A stretch of 42,440 nucleotides of DNA from Gemmatimonadota bacterium (lineage in GTDB: Bacteria > Latescibacterota > UBA2968 > UBA8231): assembly GCA_038153405.1 (NCBI GenBank), contig JAYOYH010000038.1:1-42440 (forward strand), read 5' to 3'. A program made the translations under genes and the position numbers. A model generated the notes under the pieces. That model was not told the DNA's origin. It searched no databases and saw only the letters and a program-made list of their open reading frames with translations. Below are positions 1-9,039 of the stretch, one piece after another. How positions within the stretch are numbered: the stretch's first letter is position 1; each line of letters begins with the position of its first letter.

Positions 1-95
1 CTGTCGGAAAGAAGTTGGTCTGTCCACAGCATTTGACGCTGCATATCGCCTCCGATCATCAGATGGTCTACCTTCTGTATCGGTGCGCGCGTCAT
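1..95 (-). CDS. 5' end of an unknown protein running off the window edge (MTRAPIQKVDHLMIGGDMQRQMLW...)
   Basis: ATG at 95-93 preceded by AAAGGA; frame open to the window edge; divergent from the PTS IIA gene. Confidence 0.35.
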   Translation of the reverse strand, partial: MTRAPIQKVDHLMIGGDMQRQMLWTDQLLSD

Positions 96-200
96 ATCCT
101 TTAAGTAAAAGGATGGCGATGAACACCGTTCAATGTACTGAACGACTACGGGGCGTCAACTACAAAGTGCGGTCGCTACCGCAAATGCGCGGCCTCCCTG

Positions 201-230
201 TTGACTTATATAGTTGTATACGCTTACTTT
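201..230 (+). promoter_or_regulatory. possible sigma70 promoter TTGACT-N18-TACTTT
   Basis: consensus-like hexamers about 30 nt upstream of the PTS IIA start. Confidence 0.35.
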
Positions 231-260
231 TGCTGGACAACCACCTGTGGAGACGGATAC

Positions 261-734
261 ATGACCCTCCTTGACATACTTTCGCCCGAGTCGACCACGG
301 TCGACCTGAAGGGCGAGACCAAAGAAGAAATTATTGCTGAGCTCGTCGATTCGCTGGCCGTTGGCGATGCTATAAGCGACCGGGACAAGGTCCTTCAAGC
401 CGTCCTTGAGCGCGAGAAGATCATGAGCACCGGTATCGGCGACGGCATTGCCATTCCACACGGCAAATCGGATTCCGTCGTCAAGCTAGTGGCTGCACTG
501 GGCACGCAGCGCCGCGGCGTGGATTTTGAAGCCCTCGACGGCGAACCGGCCTACGTCTTCTTCCTGCTCGTCTCTCCAGCTAATGTATCCGGACCGCATA
601 TCAAGGCACTCGCCCGCATTTCGCGTCTGCTTAAAAACGACGAGTTTAAGAAGAAGCTCATTTCGGCCTCTTCTTCCGCAGAGATTATCGCCGCCATCGA
701 AAGCGAAGAAGAGAACTACCCGAGCTCTTCTTGA
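261..734 (+). CDS. PTS EIIA component (fructose/nitrogen-regulatory PtsN-like)
   Basis: REKIMSTGIGDGIAIPHGK phospho-His motif, FEALDGEP, HIKALARISRLL; ATG at 261 after GGAG. Confidence 0.9.
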   Translation: MTLLDILSPESTTVDLKGETKEEIIAELVDSLAVGDAISDRDKVLQAVLEREKIMSTGIGDGIAIPHGKSDSVVKLVAALGTQRRGVDFEALDGEPAYVFFLLVSPANVSGPHIKALARISRLLKNDEFKKKLISASSSAEIIAAIESEEENYPSSS

Positions 735-750
735 TTGCTGAACCACCCCT

Positions 751-2832
751 TTGCAGTTCTTAAATCCAGCCGTACTGGCAGGGCTCGTTGCCGCGCTCAT
801 ACCCCTCGCCATACATCTTCTACACAGGGGTCACACGCAGCCCGTTCCCTTCAGCAACATTCAGTTTCTGCGCAAATTGCACCACGACCGCATGCAAAAG
901 GTGCGCATGCGGCAGTGGCTGCTGCTGCTGCTGCGCATCTTGGCCATCGCACTGATCGTCTCTGCTTTTGCTCGCCCGACCTACCACTCGGGTTCGCCTT
1001 GGGGCGGCCGCGTCGTGCCTGCCGCCGCCGCCGTTCTCGTCGATCAATCCTACAGCACGGCGTTTCGCATGCCTTCGGGCACCTTGGCCGACCAGCAGCG
1101 CCGCGCTGTCACTCAACTCGCCGAGGTATTCACCGAGCGCGATCGCGTGGCGCTCATTCCCTTTGCCACCACGCCCGTTGAGGGGTTATCGGTCTCACCC
1201 GATGAACTGCGCCAATTCGCCGCCGAGCTGACGCCGTCTCAGGAAGCGACCAACCTAGCTGGCGCCCTGCGCCAGGCAGGTACTCACCTAGCGCAATATC
1301 CCGAGCTCGACGGCGAACTCTACCTGTTTACAGACGGGGCGCGCCACGGTTGGAGCGAAGTGCCTGCCGCGCGCGACTTCATCGGCGAGGCGCGCGTCTA
1401 TCTGAATATGCCCGAGGGCATAGAGCGCAACAACGCCTATGTGAAAAACATCCTCTTTTCCCCTTGGATGGCATCTTCCAAAAGCGAGATGGTGCTGTAC
1501 GCAGACGTGCGCAATGCCGGCGACGCACCGCTGCGCAACCATTCCGTCGATCTCTTCGTCGACGGCGAGCGCGTGCGCCGTCGATCGATCGACTTGGATC
1601 CGAAGGGCGAAACGCAGGTCGAGCTCCGATTTACGCCGCGCCGCAGCGGCCGCATCAGCGGGTTCGTCGAGCTGGCCGAAGACGACTTGCCCATCGACAA
1701 TAGGCGCTACTTTGCCTTTGATGCCCCCGCTGCTATTAGCGTGCTCATCCTCGGCACGCAGCCCACATCGACCTATTACGCGCGCCGAGCACTGGGCGCT
1801 GCGGCGCTCACCGATCCCACCCTGAGCATTCGCTCGGGCCAGATCGCCGACCTGAGTGCGGATGCATTGCAAAGCGTAGACCTGCTGCTGCTGTGCGACC
1901 TGCAGCGCCTCGACCGCGCGCAAACCATCGCTCTACGCGACTTCGTCTCTGGCGGCGGCGGCCTCGTCGCCTTTCCCGCAGCCGCAGCCGATCTCAAGTA
2001 TTTAAACCGCGATTTTCTACCGGGTATGCTGCCTGTGCGCATGGGCGACATCATCGGCGATGCAGGAGACAAGGCGCAGTTCCACGTCTTCGACACCGAA
2101 GCCTATGCCCACCCCCTCTTCGCCAATTTACTGACGCAGGAAGGCGCCGACGTGGCGCACTTCTTCGCGCATTTTTCCCTCAAAGCGGAAAGCCACCTCA
2201 ATGCGCTGGCCTATTTTGACGACGGGCAAATCGCCCTAGCGTCGGGTTGGCGAGGGCGAGGACGCGCTGTCTGGGCAGCGTTCCCGCTCGACATGCGATG
2301 GAACGACCTGCCGCTGCACGGTCTGTTTGCCCCCATGCTCCACCGCTTAGTGCGCGAGTTTAGCCAGCGCCCAGGACACTACGCAGCCTATGACGTTGGC
2401 GCGAGCGCCCACCGCTATTTGAGCGATGTTTCCCTAGAGGCGGCGCTGAGCGCACAGTCGCCCGACGGCGAAGTGCTGCGCCTACAGCCGACCCTCGTCG
2501 GCGAGCGCTATGTGTGGGCGGTGCCCGCACTGCGCGAAGCGGGAATTTGGCAGCTCAAAGAAGACGACCGCCTCGTCGACAGCTTTCCCGTCAATATCGA
2601 CCCGCGCGAGTCCGATCTGAGCACCGTTGAACCGGCCGAAGTCGAACGCGTTTTCGGAACCGATATTCACGTCATGCAGCAGGGTGACGAGCTGCGCCTC
2701 CAGGTTTTAGGCAATCGCTACGGCCGCGAACTTTGGCGCGAATTTGTCGCCCTCGCACTCGTCCTGCTCCTCGTCGAACTCTGGTTGGGCAGAGCTCCGC
2801 GCGGAGCAGTGCCCGCAGCGCAAGCGGCATAA
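751..2832 (+). CDS. BatA/vWA domain membrane protein with Ig-like (CARDB-like) and GATase-like domains and a C-terminal TM helix
   Basis: N-terminal FLNP..LAGL.A..IPLAIHLL double-TM BatA signature; MIDAS-like DQSYS...TDG; DNRRY; C-terminal ELWR..LLLVELWL. Confidence 0.8.
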   Translation: MQFLNPAVLAGLVAALIPLAIHLLHRGHTQPVPFSNIQFLRKLHHDRMQKVRMRQWLLLLLRILAIALIVSAFARPTYHSGSPWGGRVVPAAAAVLVDQSYSTAFRMPSGTLADQQRRAVTQLAEVFTERDRVALIPFATTPVEGLSVSPDELRQFAAELTPSQEATNLAGALRQAGTHLAQYPELDGELYLFTDGARHGWSEVPAARDFIGEARVYLNMPEGIERNNAYVKNILFSPWMASSKSEMVLYADVRNAGDAPLRNHSVDLFVDGERVRRRSIDLDPKGETQVELRFTPRRSGRISGFVELAEDDLPIDNRRYFAFDAPAAISVLILGTQPTSTYYARRALGAAALTDPTLSIRSGQIADLSADALQSVDLLLLCDLQRLDRAQTIALRDFVSGGGGLVAFPAAAADLKYLNRDFLPGMLPVRMGDIIGDAGDKAQFHVFDTEAYAHPLFANLLTQEGADVAHFFAHFSLKAESHLNALAYFDDGQIALASGWRGRGRAVWAAFPLDMRWNDLPLHGLFAPMLHRLVREFSQRPGHYAAYDVGASAHRYLSDVSLEAALSAQSPDGEVLRLQPTLVGERYVWAVPALREAGIWQLKEDDRLVDSFPVNIDPRESDLSTVEPAEVERVFGTDIHVMQQGDELRLQVLGNRYGRELWREFVALALVLLLVELWLGRAPRGAVPAAQAA

Positions 2833-2862
2833 AAAAAAGCCCCTCTCTCTGCGAGAAGGGCT
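2831..2862 (-). terminator. Rho-independent terminator of the aro/rimO unit
   Basis: minus strand AGCCCTTCTC-gcaga-GAGAGGGGCT followed by a T run. Confidence 0.75.
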
Positions 2863-2881
2863 GGTCTTACATCCGACGCTA

Positions 2882-3208
2882 TCAGGCTACCGATTCATCT
2901 AGGTCGCGAAAGAAGTCAAAGGTGTATATGCCGTGGTCGTGGCCATCGGCCCATTCAATACGCAGCCCGTAGCGCCCAACAAAGTCGACGCGACGCGCTG
3001 CGGCCGTCGCCGAAACCGCATCGCCGCTGATCAGGTTGAGCCCGTCGCTGTTCTCGCGTGCCTCGCGACACACCGCACACGGACAGGAGCGACGCAGCCC
3101 GGCCAAATCGTAACGACTCTGGGTGCCGTCGCTCCAGCGCACGCAGAGCACGCCCTCCTCGGCGAGCAGATCGACGCTGCGCGGTTTTTTCTTGCGCTTA
3201 CCCAACAT
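2882..3208 (-). CDS. DUF971 / gamma-butyrobetaine hydroxylase N-terminal-like Zn-binding protein
   Basis: VRWSDG, LRRSCPCAVC, VGRYGLRIEWADGHDHGIY; ATG one base after the rimO stop. Confidence 0.85.
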   Translation of the reverse strand: MLGKRKKKPRSVDLLAEEGVLCVRWSDGTQSRYDLAGLRRSCPCAVCREARENSDGLNLISGDAVSATAAARRVDFVGRYGLRIEWADGHDHGIYTFDFFRDLDESVA

Positions 3209-3209
3209 T

Positions 3210-4529
3210 TTAGAAAGGCGCTCCAACGGCTTCGGCCTGCAGCTGGTAGGGATCGGCTCCGGTGATATGCACTTCGATAAATCGGCCGATCTCGGCGTGA
3301 CCAGTCTCAATGAGCACCTGGCCGTCTATTTCGGGCGCATCGCGCTGCATGCGCCCATAAAAGCCCTCGTCGTCGCGCTCGTCGACCAGCACCACCTGTC
3401 GGGTGCCCACCAGCGCATCGTTGATCTCCGTTGCAATGCGTTCTTGCAGCTGCGTCAGGCGACTATAGCGATACTCCTTCACTTCCTCGTCAATCTCTCC
3501 GTCCAAGCCGTAGGCGCTGGTGCCGTCCTCTGGCGAGTAGATAAAACCCGATACGTAGTCGAAACGCGTCTCCTCGACAAATTCCAACAGCTCCTCAAAG
3601 TCTTCGTCCGTTTCCCCGGGAAAGCCGACGATAAACGTCGAGCGCAGACCCACGCCCGGCATGCACGAGCGCAGCGCGCGCAGTAACTCGACCGTTTTTT
3701 TCTTGGTAGTCGCTCGCTTCATGCGCTGTAAGACGCGATCGGCAATGTGCTGCAAGGGCATGTCAATATAGGCGCACATCTTCGCCGACGATGCGTAAAA
3801 GTCCATCATCTCCTTGGTCCAAAATGCCGGGTAGGTATACATCAGACGCAGCCAGTCAATGCCCTCGACCTGTTCGAGCGCGGCCAGCAGTTCGACGAGC
3901 TGCGCCTTGCCGTACAAATCGGCACCATAGCGGACGGAATCCTGTGAGACGAGAACGAGCTCGCGCGCGCCCTGAGCCGCCAGCTGTTCGGCCTCGGCCA
4001 CCAGCGCTTCTATTGGCTCGCTCTTATGGCGGCCCCTGATGGTCGGAATCGCACAAAATGCGCATTTGTGATCGCAGCCATCCGATATGCGCAGATAGGC
4101 CCAGTGCGACGGCGTCGTCGTAGAGCGCGGCATCGGCGCCACGCGACTGCGGCGCGGCCGTCCTAACACGCGGTCAACCCGATGGACGATGTCCACTTCT
4201 TCGGAAATGGTCAATAGGTCATCGGCTTCGATCAGCTCATTGCGCAACTCTTCTTCATAGCGCGTGGCCAAACAGCCCGTCACAATAACGCCCTTGCACT
4301 TGCCCTGCTCTTTGAGGCGGTGAGCGGCCATAACGGCCTCAATCGATTCTTCCTTGGCTGGACCAATAAAACCACACGTATTGACGACGACGACATCGGC
4401 CTGGTCGGGCGCGTCGGTAATCTGGTAGGCGTTGCCCTGTAACAAGCCGAGCATGCGTTCGGAGTCGACCGTGTTCTTCGGACAGCCCAAGCTGACTAGG
4501 TGTACTCTTTGTGGCTCTTCGCGATCCAT
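3210..4529 (-). CDS. rimO: ribosomal protein S12 methylthiotransferase RimO
   Basis: SLGCPKNTVDSE, VNTCGFI, radical SAM CDHKCAFC, C-terminal TRAM with DAPEIDG. Confidence 0.92.
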   Translation of the reverse strand: MDREEPQRVHLVSLGCPKNTVDSERMLGLLQGNAYQITDAPDQADVVVVNTCGFIGPAKEESIEAVMAAHRLKEQGKCKGVIVTGCLATRYEEELRNELIEADDLLTISEEVDIVHRVDRVLGRPRRSRVAPMPRSTTTPSHWAYLRISDGCDHKCAFCAIPTIRGRHKSEPIEALVAEAEQLAAQGARELVLVSQDSVRYGADLYGKAQLVELLAALEQVEGIDWLRLMYTYPAFWTKEMMDFYASSAKMCAYIDMPLQHIADRVLQRMKRATTKKKTVELLRALRSCMPGVGLRSTFIVGFPGETDEDFEELLEFVEETRFDYVSGFIYSPEDGTSAYGLDGEIDEEVKEYRYSRLTQLQERIATEINDALVGTRQVVLVDERDDEGFYGRMQRDAPEIDGQVLIETGHAEIGRFIEVHITGADPYQLQAEAVGAPF

Positions 4530-4533
4530 AAAT

Positions 4534-5631
4534 TCAATACTTCTGCTGCACGCAGTGAATCGCCGCCAGCACCGCATCGTCGCTGACGTCGTCGTAGATA
4601 TCTACCCGTCCAATCGCCTCGGCCAGAATATAGCGCACCGTACCGTCTACGCGCTTCTTATCCGCTCTCGTGCGCTCGAGGATGTCGCCGGCGGCAACTG
4701 CAGCCAGCCCCTGCGGCACGCCTAGGCGCTCCCACAGCGCATCGTGCCGCGCCCGCTCTTGGGTGGGCAACACGCCGCGCTGGGCCGCAATTTGTCCAAC
4801 GGCCAGCGCGCCCAAGATAACGGCCTCGCCGTGGCGGTACCGCTTGTAGTTGGTCGCCGCCTCTATGGCGTGACCGATCGTGTGGCCGTAGTTGAGAATG
4901 GCGCGCAGTCCCCCCTCTTTTTCGTCGGCACTCACTACGGAAGCCTTGATATCGGCGTTGCGCGCAATGAGCCAGTCTAGCGCATCGGCGTCGATACGCA
5001 TGTCGACGATGTCCTCGACGCAATCTTCCAAAAAGGCAAAGAGCTCGGGGTCGCGAATGATGCCGTGTTTGACGACTTCGGCCATGCCCGCGACCAATTC
5101 GTCGCGCGGCAGCGAGCGCAGCGTATCGGTGTCGATAAAAACCAGTTTGGGCTGATGAAAGGCGCCAATGAGGTTTTTTCCCAGTGCGTGATTGACACCC
5201 GTCTTGCCGCCAATGCTGGAATCCACCTGCGCGACGATGGTCGTTGGCACCTGCACGCAGGGCACCCCGCGCAAATAGCACGCGGCGACAAAGCCCGCCA
5301 TATCGCCAACGATGCCGCCACCCAACGCCAAGACCCAGGCACCTCGATCTAAGCCCGCTTCAATAAGCCGAGCAAAAATGCCTTCGGCACCGCTCAGGTT
5401 CTTGTGCTGCTCACCGCCGGGATATACGACTTCGAGCACGGCAAAACCGGCACCAGCCAAACTCTCCGCAACGGGCTGCAGATAGTGGGTAGCGACCCGT
5501 TCGTCGGTAATCAGCGCCACCTGCCGGCCCAAGCCCAGCGCCTGGCACGCCTGGCCAACGGAGTGCAGCACGCCGTGCCCCACGCAGATTTCGTACTGCG
5601 CCCCTTCAGTCCGTACGGTTGCGCTCCTCAC
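4534..5631 (-). CDS. aroB: 3-dehydroquinate synthase
   Basis: GGGIVGDMAGF, QVDSSIGGKTGVN, GKNLIGAFHQP, LNYGHTIGHAIE; GTG start inferred. Confidence 0.95.
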   Translation of the reverse strand: MRSATVRTEGAQYEICVGHGVLHSVGQACQALGLGRQVALITDERVATHYLQPVAESLAGAGFAVLEVVYPGGEQHKNLSGAEGIFARLIEAGLDRGAWVLALGGGIVGDMAGFVAACYLRGVPCVQVPTTIVAQVDSSIGGKTGVNHALGKNLIGAFHQPKLVFIDTDTLRSLPRDELVAGMAEVVKHGIIRDPELFAFLEDCVEDIVDMRIDADALDWLIARNADIKASVVSADEKEGGLRAILNYGHTIGHAIEAATNYKRYRHGEAVILGALAVGQIAAQRGVLPTQERARHDALWERLGVPQGLAAVAAGDILERTRADKKRVDGTVRYILAEAIGRVDIYDDVSDDAVLAAIHCVQQKY

Positions 5632-6154
5632 TCCAATGCTCCAATAAGTCGATGAGTTTGTCCGCCGTCTGCTCAGGGGTAACCCCCTGGCTGGACAGCA
5701 TTTTAATATGCGCCTGATCGTAATAGGGCGCGCGTTCCGACAGCATTTGTTCAATCCTGGCGCGCTTGCCCGCCTCGTCCAGCCCCGACAGCAGTGGTCT
5801 ATCGTCGCGGCGACTAACGCGTTCGATAATGGTATCGATATCGGCCTCTAAGCAAACGAGGACACCCGCGCGTCGCACCGCCTGCAAATTGCGATTATGA
5901 ACGACGGCTCCTCCTCCCAGCGAAATTACCGCACCGCCGCGCCCACAGGCTGCTAGCACGCTTTCGTGTTCTAACTGGCGAAAGTGCGCTTCGCCCTCAT
6001 CGGCAAAGATCGATGAGATGGACTTGCCGGCCCGCACTTCGACCATTTCGTCCGTGTCTAGAAATTCGCGCCCCAAACGCCAAGCGAGAAAACCGCCGAC
6101 TTTGCTCTTACCCACTCCCATAAAGCCGGTCAGGAATATGGGACCTGTGAGCAT
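5606..6154 (-). CDS. aroK: shikimate kinase
   Basis: GFMGVGKS Walker A, DTD, GEAHFR, SLGGG, RPLL, R.PYY. Confidence 0.95.
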   Translation of the reverse strand: MLTGPIFLTGFMGVGKSKVGGFLAWRLGREFLDTDEMVEVRAGKSISSIFADEGEAHFRQLEHESVLAACGRGGAVISLGGGAVVHNRNLQAVRRAGVLVCLEADIDTIIERVSRRDDRPLLSGLDEAGKRARIEQMLSERAPYYDQAHIKMLSSQGVTPEQTADKLIDLLEHWSEERNRTD

Positions 6155-6324
6155 CAGCTGGCCTTCTTATCCGCACCGCGACGCATGCGCTTCTCCTCAT
6201 AGCACGCTTCGCAATTCCACAGCGGAGGTTTATTAAACGCATTATAGCGATCGTCTAATACATCGCGGCGCAGGTGGTCTACCTCAGTGCCACAGGTATC
6301 GCAGCGCATTTTCTTCTTTGCCAT
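6154..6324 (-). CDS. 56-aa putative zinc-finger small protein (MAKKKMRCDTCGTEVDHLRRDVLDDRYNAFNKPPLWNCEACYEEKRMRRGADKKAS)
   Basis: fills the argS-aroK gap exactly; two CxxC pairs; stop overlaps the aroK ATG (TGATG); below the ORF-track length cutoff. Confidence 0.8.
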   Translation of the reverse strand: MAKKKMRCDTCGTEVDHLRRDVLDDRYNAFNKPPLWNCEACYEEKRMRRGADKKAS

Positions 6325-6327
6325 TTC

Positions 6328-8061
6328 TCACATCCGTTCTACGGTGCCGATGCCCAATAAGCCGAGGCCGCGCGAAATCACTTTTGCCGTCAAGCTGCAC
6401 AGTTGCAAACGGCTATTGCGCACCGGGTCTTCGGCGCGCAGCACCGGACAGGTCTCGTAAAACTTCATGTACAATTCGGCCAACTCATAGAGGTAGTTGC
6501 ACAGGGCGTTCGGATAGCACTCGCGCACGACGGCCTCTACGACTTCGCCAAACTGCACGATCTTGACGGCCAGCGCGCGCTCGGCTGGTTCGCCAATTGC
6601 GATCGCACCCGTCAGCGCAGACTCATCCAGCTCAGCGCGGCGAAAAATGCTCTTCACCCTCGCGTACGAGTACTGCAGGTACGGCGCCGTATTCCCTTCA
6701 AAGGAGAGCATCTTATCCCAGTTGAAAATGTAGTCCGTCGTTCGATTGAGCGATAGGTCGGCGTATTTAACACTGCCTATTCCGACGACGCGGGCAATTT
6801 CGCGACGCTCCTCTTCGCTCAGCTGCGGATTCTTCTCACCGACCAACGCAAAGGCGCGTTCTTCGGCTTCGCTCAGCAGGTCCATCAGCTTGACGGTTCC
6901 CCCCGTACGCGTCTTGAACGGCTTGCCGTCATCGCCGAGCATAGTGCCAAAAGGGTGGTGTTCGAGTGCACATGAATCCGGTGCGTAACCGGCTGCGCGC
7001 GATACGGCAAATACCTGGCGCAGGTGCAACATCTGTCGCGCGTCGACGATGTACAACACGCGATCGGCCCCCAGCGCGCCGGCGCGATAGCGCACGGCGG
7101 AAAGATCGGTCGTCGCATAGAGATATCCACCATCGGATTTTTGCACGATCACCGGCGCGATTTCGCCGTCTTTGCCCTTGAATTCTTCGAGAAATACGCA
7201 CTGCGCACCGTCCGACTCACGCAACAGCCCCTTGTCGCGCAGGTCGCCAACAACCTGGGACAAGTCGTCATTGTAGGCGCTCTCGGCGCGCACGTCCTCG
7301 CGCCCCAGCGTTACGTCCAGCGTTTCGTATACCTCTTCGCAGTGGCGCAGAGACTCATCGATAAAGCGCTGCCACATTGCCCTGACGTGCTCGTCGCCGC
7401 CCTGTAGCTTTACGACATACTCGCGCGCCGTATTGGCGAACTCCTCATCGCTGTCGAACAATCTGCGTGCCGACTGATAAAAGCCCTCCAAATCAACTAG
7501 CTCCGACGAGGGGTCTTCTCCGGCCGAATCCAAGCGATCCATATAGGCAATGAGCATGCCAAACTGCGTGCCCCAGTCGCCAACGTGATTGTGCCGCACG
7601 ACCTCGTGCCCGCAAAATTCCAACGCGCGTGCGATGGCGTCTCCGATGATGGTGCTGCGCAAGTGCCCAACGTGCATCTCTTTGGCAAGGTTGGGATGCG
7701 AATAATCGATCACGACTTTGTGCAGCGGCTGCGCCAGCGGAACGCCGAGCCGCTCATCCGCCAGCGCGGTGTTGAGATGATCATTTAACCACGCCGACTT
7801 GAGCTTCACGTTGATAAAGCCCGGCCCAGCAATATCCACCGACTCGGCCACGTCGCTCAGGTCGAGATGTTCCAGGACGGCAGCGGCCAGCGCGCGCGGA
7901 TTCTTTTTGAGCCCTTTAGCGACGGCCATGACGCCGTTGGCCTGATAGTCGCCAAATTCCGGGCGCGTCGCCGACCCAACCAACGCCTTGCTACCGACCG
8001 GGGCACCTGCTGCGACCAGCGCGGCGGCGATGCGATCCTCTAAGTGCTCTTTAATGGCCAT
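6328..8061 (-). CDS. argS: arginine--tRNA ligase
   Basis: FGDYQAN, AGPGFIN, PNLAKEMHVGHLRS (HIGH-type), GDWGTQFG, GNTAPYLQY, DALR anticodon domain. Confidence 0.97.
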   Translation of the reverse strand: MAIKEHLEDRIAAALVAAGAPVGSKALVGSATRPEFGDYQANGVMAVAKGLKKNPRALAAAVLEHLDLSDVAESVDIAGPGFINVKLKSAWLNDHLNTALADERLGVPLAQPLHKVVIDYSHPNLAKEMHVGHLRSTIIGDAIARALEFCGHEVVRHNHVGDWGTQFGMLIAYMDRLDSAGEDPSSELVDLEGFYQSARRLFDSDEEFANTAREYVVKLQGGDEHVRAMWQRFIDESLRHCEEVYETLDVTLGREDVRAESAYNDDLSQVVGDLRDKGLLRESDGAQCVFLEEFKGKDGEIAPVIVQKSDGGYLYATTDLSAVRYRAGALGADRVLYIVDARQMLHLRQVFAVSRAAGYAPDSCALEHHPFGTMLGDDGKPFKTRTGGTVKLMDLLSEAEERAFALVGEKNPQLSEEERREIARVVGIGSVKYADLSLNRTTDYIFNWDKMLSFEGNTAPYLQYSYARVKSIFRRAELDESALTGAIAIGEPAERALAVKIVQFGEVVEAVVRECYPNALCNYLYELAELYMKFYETCPVLRAEDPVRNSRLQLCSLTAKVISRGLGLLGIGTVERM

Positions 8062-8902
8062 CCTTAACCCGTTCTAGCGCGGCGGCTACCATGTGGTCGA
8101 CCGGCGGCCGGATACCCGTCCATAGTTCAAAGGAGCGCGCTCCCTGCCAAGCGAGCATGCCCAACCCGTTGATGGACCGAGCTCCCACTGCTTCGGCCTG
8201 CTGCATCAGGCGCGTGTTTAGCGGCTTGTATACGATATCAGCGACGAGTAGATCTGCGTGTAAAACCGATGCGTCAACCAGCGGCGATGCATCGGCGTGC
8301 GGATGCATGCCAACCGATGTGGCGTTGATCAGCAAACCCACATCCCCTATCTCATTTGAGTCCATCGTTCCCACCCGCACCTTTCCGCTGCGATCCAGAT
8401 CGCCGGCCAGCGCTTCGGCTTTCGATAGCGTGCGATTGAGCAACAGAACGCGCTCGACCTGCGCACACTGCAGCAGGGCATACAGGATAGCGCGCGCAGC
8501 GCCACCGGCACCGAGCAGCGCGACGTTCGACGGCAGCTCTTCCATGCCGCCATCGCGCCTCAAACTTTCCATAATGCCAAAAGCATCGGTATTATAGCCC
8601 ACCAGTTTGCCCTGCCGATTGACGATCGTATTGACCGCGCCAATGGCTACGGCCTCTTCCGAAACTTCGTCAATATGGCTCATGACGGCTCGCTTGTGCG
8701 GCACCGTCACGTTGAGGCCGGCCATATCCAGCGCGCGCATTCCATCTATGGCACGGCCCAGGCCGTCTGACCGCACGTGAAAGGCTACGTAGGCGTAGTC
8801 TATGCCCAGCGCAGCAATCGCCGCATTGTGCATGGCCGGCGACGACGTATGACCTATGGGGTCGCCAATTACGCCGAGGATGCGCGTCGTGCCGGAGATC
8901 AA
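8051..8902 (-). CDS. aroE: shikimate dehydrogenase
   Basis: IGDPIGHTSSPAMHN, NVTVPHK, GAVNT, GYNTD, GAGGAARA, NATSVGM, GLGMLAWQG; TTG start inferred. Confidence 0.93.
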   Translation of the reverse strand: MISGTTRILGVIGDPIGHTSSPAMHNAAIAALGIDYAYVAFHVRSDGLGRAIDGMRALDMAGLNVTVPHKRAVMSHIDEVSEEAVAIGAVNTIVNRQGKLVGYNTDAFGIMESLRRDGGMEELPSNVALLGAGGAARAILYALLQCAQVERVLLLNRTLSKAEALAGDLDRSGKVRVGTMDSNEIGDVGLLINATSVGMHPHADASPLVDASVLHADLLVADIVYKPLNTRLMQQAEAVGARSINGLGMLAWQGARSFELWTGIRPPVDHMVAAALERVKDGH

Positions 8903-9039
8903 GCCAGCAGGTCCTCGACGAACTGATCGGCAATCTCGACGGCTTCGCTCCACGATACGTCGTACAACAAGCGAATGACAACCACGCCACCGCAGAACAG
9001 CACCGCGGCGAGCGCGGCCAGGCGCAATAGTGTCCTCAT
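8899..9039 (-). CDS. 46-aa single-pass membrane peptide (MRTLLRLAALAAVLFCGGVVVIRLLYDVSWSEAVEIADQFVEDLLA)
   Basis: ATGA overlap with the aroA-like stop, TTGA overlap with the aroE start, GAAGGAG upstream, hydrophobic N-terminal half. Confidence 0.72.
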   Translation of the reverse strand: MRTLLRLAALAAVLFCGGVVVIRLLYDVSWSEAVEIADQFVEDLLA

